Source of the DNA: Alistipes sp.
GTDB taxonomy: Bacteria > Bacteroidota > Bacteroidia > Bacteroidales > Rikenellaceae
Length of the DNA stretch: 64,000 nt
Assembly (NCBI GenBank): GCA_045633465.1
Contig: JAZQYJ010000063.1
Span: 21,735-85,734, forward strand
Reading direction: 5' to 3'
In this document: in pieces, positions 1-9,272 of the stretch
How the letters are laid out: the number at the start of each line of letters is the position of its first letter
How positions within the stretch are numbered: position 1 is the stretch's first letter
The notes under the pieces: generated by a model
Told to the model about the DNA's origin: nothing
Database searches by the model: none
What the model saw: the letters and a program-made list of their open reading frames with translations, nothing else
Made by a program: the position numbers and the translations under genes

Positions 1-1324
1 ACTGTCCCACCGTACCAATAATCTTACGACCATTCAACGACGAGGTAAAGAGCTGTGCCACGCCCTCGTCCATAAGCTGATCGACGCCCTTTGCCAGCTG
101 CTTGAACTTCATCGGGTCGGCATTCTCGATATAGCGGAACAACTCCGGCGAGAACGACGGAATACCCGTAAATTTCAACTTTTCACCTCCGGTGAAGGTA
201 TCGCCAATCTTGAAGTTGCCAGCATCGTGCAGACCTACGATATCGCCCGGATATGCGAAGTCGATAATCGACTTTTTCTCCGCCATAAATGCAGTAGGCG
301 AAGAGAATTTCATCTGCTTGCCACTCGCTGCGTGGAGGTAGTTCTTATTTCGCTCGAACACACCCGAGCATATCTTCATAAAGGCGATACGGTCGCGGTG
401 GTTAGGGTCCATATTGGCGTGAATCTTAAAGATAAAACCCGTCATTTTCTGCTCCTGAGGCTCAATTTGACGAGTTTCAGTCGTCGATGGGCGTGGCGAT
501 GGAGCAATGCGAATAAAACACTCCAACAACTCGCGCACACCGAAGTTGTTTACAGCCGAGCCGAAGAATACCGGAGCAAGTTTGCCTGCCAAGTAGTCGT
601 CGTTATTGTACTCGTCGTAAACACCCTCCACCAACTCAACATCCTCGCGGAGTTGGTTGGCGTAGCGCTCACCGATGATTGTATCTATCTCCTTCGAGTT
701 GATGTCGTCGATATCCACAGTCGAGGCGTTAGCGGTTTGGCGCTCATCAGATGTGAAGAGCGAAATATTGTGCTCGTAGAGGTTATACACACCCTTGAAC
801 GATGGTCCGCTCGAAATCGGGAAGGCGAGAGGTCGCACCTTAATCTGCAACTCACGCTCAATCTCGTCGAGCAGGTCGAATGGATCCTTGCATGGGCGAT
901 CCATCTTGTTTACAAATACCATTACGGGCGTATTGCGCATACGGCAGACATTCATCAGTCGGCGGGTCTGTGTCTCGACACCCTTTGCACCGTCGATAAC
1001 GATAATAACCGAATCTACGGCGGTCAAAGTACGATAGGTATCCTCGGCAAAATCCTCGTGGCCCGGGGTATCGAGGATGTTGATCTTCACACCCTTGTAG
1101 TCAAATCCCATCACCGAAGTAGCCACCGAGATACCACGCTCACGCTCAATCTCCATAAAGACGGATGTTGCACCCTTCTTAATCTTGTTGCTCTTCACCG
1201 CACCAGCAATGTGGATAGCACCACCAAAGAGGAGCAACTTCTCGGTCAAAGTGGTCTTACCTGCATCGGGGTGGGCGATAACTGCGAATGTTCGTCTTCT
1301 TGCAATCTCTTCGTTGAGCGTCAT
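1..1324 (-). CDS. prfC: Peptide chain release factor 3 (3' end runs off the window)
   Basis: Manual minus-strand translation from ATG at 1324: [37 protein letters not shown]...RGISVATS...DTPGHEDF...NKMDR, the RF3 GTPase motifs. The 227..1357 + ORF in the track is its antisense shadow. Confidence 0.95.
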   Translation of the reverse strand, partial: MTLNEEIARRRTFAVIAHPDAGKTTLTEKLLLFGGAIHIAGAVKSNKIKKGATSVFMEIERERGISVATSVMGFDYKGVKINILDTPGHEDFAEDTYRTLTAVDSVIIVIDGAKGVETQTRRLMNVCRMRNTPVMVFVNKMDRPCKDPFDLLDEIERELQIKVRPLAFPISSGPSFKGVYNLYEHNISLFTSDERQTANASTVDIDDINSKEIDTIIGERYANQLREDVELVEGVYDEYNNDDYLAGKLAPVFFGSAVNNFGVRELLECFIRIAPSPRPSTTETRQIEPQEQKMTGFIFKIHANMDPNHRDRIAFMKICSGVFERNKNYLHAASGKQMKFSSPTAFMAEKKSIIDFAYPGDIVGLHDAGNFKIGDTFTGGEKLKFTGIPSFSPELFRYIENADPMKFKQLAKGVDQLMDEGVAQLFTSSLNGRKIIGTVGQ

Positions 1325-1395
1325 AATATCATTTGGCTGTTAGCCATTAGCCATTAGCTATTGGCGAATTAAATTCTACATTCTTTTTTCGGGCG

Positions 1396-1445
1396 CAAAG
1401 ATAATAAAAAGACGAAAGACGAGAGACGAAAGACGAGAGAAATTT
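1396..1445 (-). promoter_or_regulatory. prfC promoter: -7 box TATCTTTG preceded by 4x (TYTCGTC) heptamers
   Basis: caaagata at 1396-1403 is the reverse complement of the TAnnTTTG Bacteroidetes -7 box. The repeat array lies at 1411-1439. Confidence 0.7.
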
Positions 1446-1463
1446 TGATTTGGTGCAAAATAA

Positions 1464-1496
1464 AAGTAAAAATGCCGAGCGATTTTGCTCGGCATT
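1464..1496 (-). terminator. Intrinsic terminator hairpin downstream of nadB
   Basis: aatgccgagc-gatttt-gctcggcatt inverted repeat with an A-run on its left (U-tail on the minus strand). Confidence 0.65.
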
Positions 1497-1523
1497 AGTT
1501 TTCTATTTCCGTTTACCCGACAA

Positions 1524-1645
1524 AAGAGTGATTATAAAGGAGAGATTTCAAGGCTTGCGAACTTCGAGAAACCGCAGTTTACTTGGCGTAAATGAGGTTT
1601 TCGAGAAGGAGCGTAACGCTGAAATCACCCTTTATTATTACTCTT
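1524..1645. mobile_element. ~120 bp palindromic MITE/RPE-like element
   Basis: Imperfect terminal inverted repeats aagagtgattataaaggagagatttca / tgaaatcaccctttattattactctt, with an inner stem gaaaccgcagtttac-ttggc-gtaaatgaggtttt. Confidence 0.65.
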
Positions 1646-3203
1646 ATTTCTGTGGTGGATAGTCGATGGTATAGTGCAGACCAACCGACTCCTTGCACTC
1701 GCGCGCCTGTTTGATGGTAAGGTAAGCCACAGCAATCATATTGCGCAACTCGCACAACTCGCGACACGGCTTGGTGCGGTTATAGAGCTCCTCGGTCTCT
1801 TGCCAGATTACCGCCAAACGCTTCAAGGCTCTATCGAGTCGCAAGTTCGAGCGCACGATGCCTACATAGTTCGACATTATTGAGCGCAACTCCTTTCTAT
1901 CCTGCATCACGAGCACCATCTCTTCTGCCTCGGCTGTGCCCTCGAAGTCCCAATCGGGGATACCTTCCTGGAAATCGACCTTGTCGAGTCTTTCGAGTGC
2001 GTGGTGGGCTGCAATATCCGAATATACGAACGACTCGGTGAGCGAGTTCGATGCCAAGCGGTTTGCACCGTGCAAGCCTGTACAACTGCTCTCTCCCAAG
2101 ACATAGAGGTGGCGAATAGAACTTTCTCCATTATAATCGACCTTGACACCTCCGCAGCAGTAGTGCGCCGCAGGGCATACAGGAATCATATCCTTGGTGA
2201 TGTCGATACCAATTGATAGGCACTTCTCGTAGATGTTAGGGAAGTGGTGTTTGGTCTCTTCGGCTGGCATATGGGTAACATCGAGATAGACAAACTCCTC
2301 ACCTCGAATCTTCAACTCATGGTCAATCGAGCGAGCCACCACATCGCGCGGAGCCAACGACTTCATTGGGTGATACTTATGCATAAACTCCTTGCCGTTT
2401 TGGAGTCGGAGTACAGCGCCATAACCTCGCATCGCCTCGGTGATGAGGAACGAAGGGCGCTCGCCTGGGTGGTAGAGGGCGGTTGGGTGGAACTGAATAA
2501 ACTGCATATTCTCGGTCTTTGCCTTGGCACGGTGGCACATTGCAATACCGTCACCCGTAGCCACACCCGGATTGGTTGTTGTGTGGTAGATATTTCCGCA
2601 ACCGCCTGCTGCTACAACGGTAAATTTGGCAAGGCAGGTAAAAATCTCGTTGGTTTGGGTGTTTAGGATATACGCTCCGAAGCAAGCCAAACCTCGTGTG
2701 TGGCGTGTTACAATCTCGCCGAGGTGGTGCTGTGTGAGAAGGTCAATCGCAAAGTGGTCCTCCAAAATCGTAATATTCGGGTGGTTGCGCACCTGCTCGA
2801 TAAGCGCACGCTCAATCTCGGCACCCGTGAGGTCTTGGTAGTGGAGAATACGGTGCTCGGAGTGTCCGCCTTCGCGGTGAAGGTCGAAACCACCATCCTC
2901 ACGGCGGTCAAAGCGTGTTCCCCAGCGAATCAAATCTTCGGCAGAGCGAGGTGCATTCTTTACGACGATTTCTACCGCCTTTGGGTCGCACTTGCCTGCA
3001 CCGCAAACGAGGGTATCCTCGATATGTTTCTCGAATGTGTCGGGGGCGTAGGTTACAGAGCAGATACCGCCCTGTGCATAGTTGGTGTTACACTCGTTGA
3101 GTTTGCCTTTGGTAACGATTGTAACTGTGGCTGTATCGGCAACTTTCAGGGCAAACGACAAACCCGCCGAGCCCGAGCCGATAACCAAAAAATCACTTTT
3201 CAT
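1644..3203 (-). CDS. nadB: L-aspartate oxidase
   Basis: GSGSAGL FAD motif, AQGGI, REGGHS, QFHPT, LAPRDVVAR, GLHGANRLASNSL. Confidence 0.96.
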   Translation of the reverse strand: MKSDFLVIGSGSAGLSFALKVADTATVTIVTKGKLNECNTNYAQGGICSVTYAPDTFEKHIEDTLVCGAGKCDPKAVEIVVKNAPRSAEDLIRWGTRFDRREDGGFDLHREGGHSEHRILHYQDLTGAEIERALIEQVRNHPNITILEDHFAIDLLTQHHLGEIVTRHTRGLACFGAYILNTQTNEIFTCLAKFTVVAAGGCGNIYHTTTNPGVATGDGIAMCHRAKAKTENMQFIQFHPTALYHPGERPSFLITEAMRGYGAVLRLQNGKEFMHKYHPMKSLAPRDVVARSIDHELKIRGEEFVYLDVTHMPAEETKHHFPNIYEKCLSIGIDITKDMIPVCPAAHYCCGGVKVDYNGESSIRHLYVLGESSCTGLHGANRLASNSLTESFVYSDIAAHHALERLDKVDFQEGIPDWDFEGTAEAEEMVLVMQDRKELRSIMSNYVGIVRSNLRLDRALKRLAVIWQETEELYNRTKPCRELCELRNMIAVAYLTIKQARECKESVGLHYTIDYPPQK

Positions 3204-3229
3204 TTTGCGTGATAGTTTATTTGTTGGTA

Positions 3230-3278
3230 CAAATATAATAAAAAGACGAGAGACGAGTGACGAAAGACGAGAGAAAAT
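3230..3278 (-). promoter_or_regulatory. nadB promoter: -7 box TATATTTG preceded by 4 heptamer repeats
   Basis: caaatata at 3230-3237, then gacgaga-gacgagt-gacgaaa-gacgaga at 3245-3272. Confidence 0.7.
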
Positions 3279-3292
3279 TTAACTTTTAACTC

Positions 3293-4069
3293 TTAACTTT
3301 TAACTTCAAGCAGTCGTTTGACTGCTTGTACTCCCTCCTCGCCAAGCGAAATGGTGTAGTCATTCACAAAGAGCGATATATGCTTTTCGATAACATCATC
3401 CTCCAACTCTTGCGCATGCTCCTTTACAAAATCACGCGACAAAAGTGGATTTTCGAGAGCAAAACGCACACTGTTTGAGAGTAGATTATCGAATTTCGAT
3501 ATTATATTTTCTGCGATTTCTCGTTTAACGATAATAGCACCGAGTGGAAGGGGTAGATTTGTTTCGTTTTCCCACAATTTTCCGAGGTCGGCAACCAACT
3601 CCAAATTTCGACGCTCATAGACAAAGCGACCTTCGTGAATCAATACACCTGCGTCCGCCTCGCCACGCTCAACCGCTGCGGCAATCTCCGAAAATAGGCG
3701 TTGTTCCACCTCCTCAATATCAGGAAAATATCGTTTTAAGAGGGCATTTGCTGTTGTGTTCAATCCGGGTGCAAGGACCTTGCGAATAGGCGAGGTTTCG
3801 CCCTTACGATGCACCAGGAGTTGCCCATTGCCACGACCGAGCGCCGAGCCACTATCGAGCAGTGTATATCGCTCTTTTACAAGTGGATATACCGCATAAC
3901 TAATCTTTGAGATATCGGGCTCGCCACGCAGAACACCCTCGTTCAACTCCTCGATGTCGTGGTACTCCACCGCAAGGTCGAAGTCGTGTTCGATGCGACG
4001 ATTTATGATTGCATCGAAGGCGAATGTGTCGTTCGGGCAGGGTGAAATATGGAGTGATAGTTTTTTCAT
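3293..4069 (-). CDS. mqnD: 1,4-dihydroxy-6-naphthoate synthase (futalosine menaquinone pathway)
   Basis: SPCPNDTF, DIEELN, GSALGRGNG, LIHEGRF, PLPLG motifs. Start set at MKKLSLH (4069), overlapping the upstream stop (ATGA). Confidence 0.92.
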   Translation of the reverse strand: MKKLSLHISPCPNDTFAFDAIINRRIEHDFDLAVEYHDIEELNEGVLRGEPDISKISYAVYPLVKERYTLLDSGSALGRGNGQLLVHRKGETSPIRKVLAPGLNTTANALLKRYFPDIEEVEQRLFSEIAAAVERGEADAGVLIHEGRFVYERRNLELVADLGKLWENETNLPLPLGAIIVKREIAENIISKFDNLLSNSVRFALENPLLSRDFVKEHAQELEDDVIEKHISLFVNDYTISLGEEGVQAVKRLLEVKS

Positions 4070-4584
4070 TCTTCGCTCTCTAAATCGAGATTTAAGATAG
4101 TTTCGGTCAGGCGTTCGAGGGCAAGCGGAATATCCCATTCGCCACGCTCCTCGCCCACATAGTTCGATATGGCACGAATCTCGCCACAGCGCACCCCCTC
4201 GGCTTGCGCCATAGCAAAGAGTGAGGCTCCTTCCATATTTTCAATTTCGGCACCATCAGCCTCTTGCGAGCAGTGCGACACGGTGTTGCTACGCACCATA
4301 GGCAACCCATCAACCACCATCGAAGCGAGGTACGAGCGGTCATAACCCGTTGAGAGGTAGGCAAATCGCTCCTCCGTAACCGCTACCACATCGCCTTTTT
4401 TGAGGTTGTGGTCGTACGCCCCAGCAATACCGCAAAGGAGCAACGGTTTATGCTCGGTGCGGAGTATGCGAGCCACCTCAGTAGCAGTCTCAACTGCCCC
4501 GACACCGCAGATGCGAATATCGAGGTCGGGGCGCAAGGCTTTAAGCTTTGCCGATTCGAGTTCGGTTGGGAAGAGAAGTATCAT
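4066..4584 (-). CDS. mqnB: Futalosine hydrolase (MqnB-like nucleosidase)
   Basis: CGVGAVE, LCGIAGAY, ENMEGA, EIRAISNYV nucleosidase motifs. Translationally coupled to mqnD; start MILLFPT at 4584. Confidence 0.85.
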   Translation of the reverse strand: MILLFPTELESAKLKALRPDLDIRICGVGAVETATEVARILRTEHKPLLLCGIAGAYDHNLKKGDVVAVTEERFAYLSTGYDRSYLASMVVDGLPMVRSNTVSHCSQEADGAEIENMEGASLFAMAQAEGVRCGEIRAISNYVGEERGEWDIPLALERLTETILNLDLESEE

Positions 4585-4585
4585 A

Positions 4586-5980
4586 CTATTTGCCCACCAC
4601 TGCCTCCAACTCCTCAACCGACGAAGGGATATGCTTGTCGCCAATCACTCGACCACCCTCGGCAGTAACTACAACATCATCCTCGATGCGGATACCGCCA
4701 AAGTCGCGATACTCCTCCAAGAGGTCGTAGTTTACGATACCTTTATATAATCCCTCTGCCTTCGACTTATCAATCAAGGCTGGGATAAAGTAGATGCCCG
4801 GCTCATTGCTCATAACTGTTCCCTCGCGCAACTTCCAAGCGGCACGATAGACACAAGTACCCGATGCAACAGCCCTCTCTTTGAACTCCGAGAAGTCGTA
4901 ACTACGCTCACCCATAGCTTCGCAGTCGTGAACGTCCATTCCCAAGCCGTGCGAAAGGCCGTGAGGCATAAACAAGTACATCGCCCCCGCCTCGACAGCA
5001 TCTTGTGGCACACCCTTAATCAAGCCAACATCGTGCAAGCCCTCTGCCAACGATAGGAGCGCCCTCTTGTGCACCTCCTCCATATACATTGCGCCAGCCT
5101 TCATATTCTTCGGAGCCTCATCGTGAGCACGAAGTACTATTTCATAAATATCCTTCTGCTTCTGGGTGAATTTGCCCGAAACTGGGTAGGTACGAGTGTG
5201 GTCCGAGCAGTAGTTTTCGAGCGACTCGGCACCCGCATCAACCAAGAGGAGACGACCATTCTCCAACACTCCGTCGCTATTGAGGTTGTGGAGTGTTTCG
5301 CCGTGTTGCGACACAATACTTGGGAACGAAACACCCAAACCCTGCGCCTTGGCAATACCCTCCATTGCGCCTGCTATCTCGCGCTCAACAACGCCCGCCT
5401 TACACATCTTCATAGCGGTTGTGTGCATAGCATATCCGAGCTGGAATGCACGCTCCAACGCCTCAATCTCCTCTGCCGACTTAACCTCACGCATCTCGGC
5501 TACGGCAAACATCAAATCAACAGATTTGTGGTTGTAAAGCTCTGCAATTGGTAAGCCCAAAAGGCGAGCCAACTCGATCTTGCTCTCGCCACGATATGGC
5601 GGAAGGAAGTGAATCTTGCGACCAAGTTTCAACGCCTCGGCAATAACTCCGTCGAGAGCCTTCAATGGCTGACAGTTCGTCACACCCACCTGTGCACCCA
5701 ACTCCACAAGACAAGGCTGTGGGCCTGTCCAGATGATATCCTCGACGGTGAAATCGTCGCCAAAGAGCATCTCCTCGCCCGACTCGGCATCTATCACTGC
5801 CATCAAGGTTGGCAAGTTCAAACCGAAGTAGTAGAGGAAGGTCGAGTCCTGACGGAAGTAGTAAGCGTTATTTGGATAGTTGTTTGGCGAGTAGGTGTTA
5901 CCCGCAATCAAAATCAAGCCGCTGCCGATGCGCTTGCGCAACTCGGCACGACGGCTTTTGTAGGTATTTGCACTAAACAT
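4586..5980 (-). CDS. pepP: Xaa-Pro aminopeptidase (M24B)
   Basis: FRQDSTFLYYFG N-terminal domain; DAG, SDHTRT, HGLSHGLGMDVHD, EPGIYF, GGIRIEDD. Confidence 0.92.
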   Translation of the reverse strand: MFSANTYKSRRAELRKRIGSGLILIAGNTYSPNNYPNNAYYFRQDSTFLYYFGLNLPTLMAVIDAESGEEMLFGDDFTVEDIIWTGPQPCLVELGAQVGVTNCQPLKALDGVIAEALKLGRKIHFLPPYRGESKIELARLLGLPIAELYNHKSVDLMFAVAEMREVKSAEEIEALERAFQLGYAMHTTAMKMCKAGVVEREIAGAMEGIAKAQGLGVSFPSIVSQHGETLHNLNSDGVLENGRLLLVDAGAESLENYCSDHTRTYPVSGKFTQKQKDIYEIVLRAHDEAPKNMKAGAMYMEEVHKRALLSLAEGLHDVGLIKGVPQDAVEAGAMYLFMPHGLSHGLGMDVHDCEAMGERSYDFSEFKERAVASGTCVYRAAWKLREGTVMSNEPGIYFIPALIDKSKAEGLYKGIVNYDLLEEYRDFGGIRIEDDVVVTAEGGRVIGDKHIPSSVEELEAVVGK

Positions 5981-5997
5981 ATTCTATATGGTTTTCG

Positions 5998-7815
5998 TTA
6001 ATAAATCAGTTTTACATATCCGCTGACGGGGATATTCACACTTTGTAAACCCTTTGCGAGTTTCGCTCCTGCAACAAGGTTGCCATAGGTGTCGTAGTAC
6101 TCCGCCTTTTTAGGCTTCTTCTCCAACTCAACAACAACTTTCTCTGCGCCCGTTGCGTTGATAATATAGATCTCTCTATCGCACTTTTCTGCCTTTACGA
6201 CCACTCCCTCCTGGTATGCAGAGATGATGCGCTCCATCTTGCTCTCTGCCTCCAAGATAGGGAAGCAAGCCTCGGGGTGATAAGGACGGAAAGAGCCGTG
6301 AAGCAGCGTCTGGCGGTGTTTTTGTGAGAACTCCAACCAATGCTTTACCACCTCTCTATGCGACTGTGGAATACCTCGCAACATCACCGAGTACTGCACT
6401 ACGCCATACAGTGCCGAGAGGATATGACGAGCCGCCACCTCTGGCTTCTCGTTAGGATTCCACTCAATCATATCGGCGTGAACCGCCGTTATGCCACTCG
6501 TAAGTCGGAGGTTGGAAATGCGTATACGATTATTTTGCATATCTCCCGGGCAGTCGCTTGCACGGAACATATTTCCATATTGGCGAATGGCCGGACCTAT
6601 GTAGTTTTGGCGGAACTCTATCAAAATGTCGGGCTTGATGGCTTGAAGGCGAGATAAAACCCCCTTCATCAGCACATCTACCGCCTCGGGAAGACTCTTA
6701 ATATCTCGACCTGCATAGTTCTCGGCCACAGCGGGATCGGTGCCCTTAATGCGGAACGAGTCGATAAAGTCCAACTTGAAGCCATCCAAATTCCAATCTC
6801 GCAACGCCTTCTCGTAGGTCGAAATCAGATACTCTCGCACCTCTGGGAAGCGAGGGTCGAGGACAAATGCACCATGGCTCGGGCCGAGGAACTTACCCTT
6901 AAAACGCTCGTAGGCCTGGCTATGCTCTCCGACAAATGGTACAGAGTACCACAGCATATACTTCATACCCATATCCTGCACACGCTTTACATGGGCTGCC
7001 ATATCTTTTATGCGGACAGGTGCAACCTTCCAATCGCCACAATAGGCGTAACCACGATTATTATCGGCGGTCTGCCAACCATCATCCACGATTATGGTCT
7101 TCATTCCGAGCTTTACAGCCTCACGACACTCCGCCTCAATCTCCGTGTCGGTAATCTGCTGGTGGAACTGATACCAGGTCGAGTAGAGTGGCTCGAATGC
7201 CGCCTCGGGAACTCGGCACACCTTGAAGTCGTTGAGCGACTCTATCCACGCAACACCCTCACGAATGGCATCGGCCCAAAAGATATCTCGCTTATCGAGC
7301 AAAATGGTTGTTTTGTAGTGCGAAATCGGAGCCTCAGCCTCGGTGAAGAAGGTCAATGCACCATATAATACAGCCCCCTCCTCTCGTAGTCCGACCTTCG
7401 CATTGACACGGCGTTTTGCCTCGCTTGTTGCAATGGTCAGGCGGTTGTGGTTATTGTTGTTTATGAAGGAGTAGAGCGGTACAGTTTGCGCCAATGCCGA
7501 TGAGTACTTACCACTCCAATCGGGCGGTAAAATAGTGCGATTGCTACGATTGGTATGCCACAAGTGGTGAGCATCCAACTGCGGAGTCGTAAACTCCACC
7601 TTCAAAGGAGAAGGGGCGGTTGGTTGCGGAGCAGTCATCTCGATGACAATCTCCTCGATTTCGCCCTTTGATACCACTTTTGCGTCGATTTCCCAGGCGT
7701 TATCCTTGCACGAAATGGCTACATCGCCCACCGACTTGGTCTGCACCTTTGTTTCGAATGCCATTGCCGACAGGGTGGCAAGAATTGAACACACAAATAG
7801 GATACCTCTCTTCAT
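5998..7815 (-). CDS. Secreted alpha-galactosidase-like glycoside hydrolase (GH36)
   Basis: Signal peptide; PLYSTWY, IIVDDGWQ, DGFKLDF, IEFRQ motifs. Confidence 0.85.
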   Translation of the reverse strand: MKRGILFVCSILATLSAMAFETKVQTKSVGDVAISCKDNAWEIDAKVVSKGEIEEIVIEMTAPQPTAPSPLKVEFTTPQLDAHHLWHTNRSNRTILPPDWSGKYSSALAQTVPLYSFINNNNHNRLTIATSEAKRRVNAKVGLREEGAVLYGALTFFTEAEAPISHYKTTILLDKRDIFWADAIREGVAWIESLNDFKVCRVPEAAFEPLYSTWYQFHQQITDTEIEAECREAVKLGMKTIIVDDGWQTADNNRGYAYCGDWKVAPVRIKDMAAHVKRVQDMGMKYMLWYSVPFVGEHSQAYERFKGKFLGPSHGAFVLDPRFPEVREYLISTYEKALRDWNLDGFKLDFIDSFRIKGTDPAVAENYAGRDIKSLPEAVDVLMKGVLSRLQAIKPDILIEFRQNYIGPAIRQYGNMFRASDCPGDMQNNRIRISNLRLTSGITAVHADMIEWNPNEKPEVAARHILSALYGVVQYSVMLRGIPQSHREVVKHWLEFSQKHRQTLLHGSFRPYHPEACFPILEAESKMERIISAYQEGVVVKAEKCDREIYIINATGAEKVVVELEKKPKKAEYYDTYGNLVAGAKLAKGLQSVNIPVSGYVKLIY

Positions 7816-7827
7816 AATCTGCTCTGT

Positions 7828-9069
7828 TTATCGTAGTACCTCTTTATAAAGTTTATCACCTCGGCGAACAACCTCGACGGTCTTAATCGAGCAAACATCG
7901 CCCTGCTTAACACCCTCGACAATCTGCTCGTTCAAGACGATGTTTTCGGCCTTCTGCTCCACTACACCTGTGGTTTCGCCCATAATCAGAATGTCGTCGC
8001 CCTCCGCCAAAGTCGAAGCCTCAACCGTGATTTCGGCTACACCGATATTTTTGAAATAGTTGGTAATTTTGCCGACATACTCCTTGCGGTGGGTTGCCGA
8101 TGAGCCGTAGGCGTTTGTGTGCTCAACAATGAGTTTGTTCGCATAGTATCCACCCCAGAAACCTCGGTTGAATACTCGCAACAAACCCTCTTTCAACGCC
8201 TCTGCATTTTCACGGGTGTATTCGCCCGCTTCGATAAGTCGCAGAGCCTTGTCGTACGCCTCAACCACTCGCTTGACATACTCGCCACCTCGTGCTCGAC
8301 CTTCGATTTTCAGGACTCGCACTCCCGCAGCAATGAATTGGTCGAGAAAATCGACCGTGCAGAGGTCTTTTGGCGAGAGGATATAGCGACCGTCTATATC
8401 GAGCATCTCGCCCGTATCTTTATCTTGAATGGTGTACTTTCTGCGGCAAATCTGACGGCAAGCACCGCGGTTTGCCGAGCAGTTTGTTTCGTGCTGACTC
8501 AGGTAACACTTGCCCGAAATCGACATACACAACGCTCCGTGAGCGAACATCTCAATCTCGACCAACTCTCCCTTCGGTCCTCGAATATCCTGCTCGACGA
8601 TTGCTTTGTGCACCGCTGCAATCTGCTCCAACGACAATTCTCGCGCCAGAACCACCACATCTGCCCACTGCGAGAAGAACTTTACTGCTTCCGAATTGGA
8701 GATATTGCATTGTGTAGAAATATGCACCTCAACGCCTGCGTGGTAGGCGTAGGTGATAACCGCCAGGTCCGATGCAATAATGGCATCCACGCCCACCGCC
8801 TTCGCCTTGTCAACAACCTCGTGCATCGCCTGCAACTCATCATCATAGATGATGGTGTTGACCGTAAGGTAGGTCTTTACACCTGCGGCGTGGGCAATCT
8901 CGACAATCTGCTCCAAATCCTTCTCGGAGAAGTTTGCTGCCGACGCAGAGCGCATATTCAATCGGCCAATGCCGAAATAGACCGAGTTTGCACCGGCATT
9001 TATCGCAGCGTGTAGCGACTCATAACAGCCCACAGGGGCCATAATTTCGATATCTGTTCGTTTAATCAT
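7828..9069 (-). CDS. Peptidase U32 family protein (TrhP/RlhA-like RNA hydroxylase family)
   Basis: EIMAPVG, VHISTQCN, LARELS, HGALCMSISGKC, NRGACRQICR, KIEGR. Confidence 0.9.
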   Translation of the reverse strand: MIKRTDIEIMAPVGCYESLHAAINAGANSVYFGIGRLNMRSASAANFSEKDLEQIVEIAHAAGVKTYLTVNTIIYDDELQAMHEVVDKAKAVGVDAIIASDLAVITYAYHAGVEVHISTQCNISNSEAVKFFSQWADVVVLARELSLEQIAAVHKAIVEQDIRGPKGELVEIEMFAHGALCMSISGKCYLSQHETNCSANRGACRQICRRKYTIQDKDTGEMLDIDGRYILSPKDLCTVDFLDQFIAAGVRVLKIEGRARGGEYVKRVVEAYDKALRLIEAGEYTRENAEALKEGLLRVFNRGFWGGYYANKLIVEHTNAYGSSATHRKEYVGKITNYFKNIGVAEITVEASTLAEGDDILIMGETTGVVEQKAENIVLNEQIVEGVKQGDVCSIKTVEVVRRGDKLYKEVLR

Positions 9070-9113
9070 AATCCTTAACTTTTAATCGTTTTTTAGCGAA
9101 GCATATCGATTCT

Positions 9114-9251
9114 CTCGCTGAATGGCAACAAATGGCATGCGCTCGCTTATGCTCGCTGAATGGCAATGCGCCTATTATTAAACAGTCGTCAGACTGCGCT
9201 GCCATTAAATGTCATTCAGGGCTGAAAGCCCGCATGTCATTAAATGCCATT
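9114..9251. repeat. REP-like inverted element built from aatgRca / tgYcatt units (copy 1)
   Basis: Left arm ctcgctgaatggcaa x2; right arm tgccattaaatgtcatt-gggctgaaagccc-tgtcattaaatgccatt. A related copy lies at 43930-44060. Confidence 0.7.
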
Positions 9252-9272
9252 TTATTGGCGCGCATCTCTCGT

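Noticed and set aside
227-1357. 376 aa plus-strand ORF
   Set aside because: Antisense shadow of prfC; the minus frame carries the RF3 motifs.
1411-1439. Short tandem repeats as a possible CRISPR array
   Set aside because: Units are 7 bp and contiguous, with no unique spacers and no cas genes in the window.
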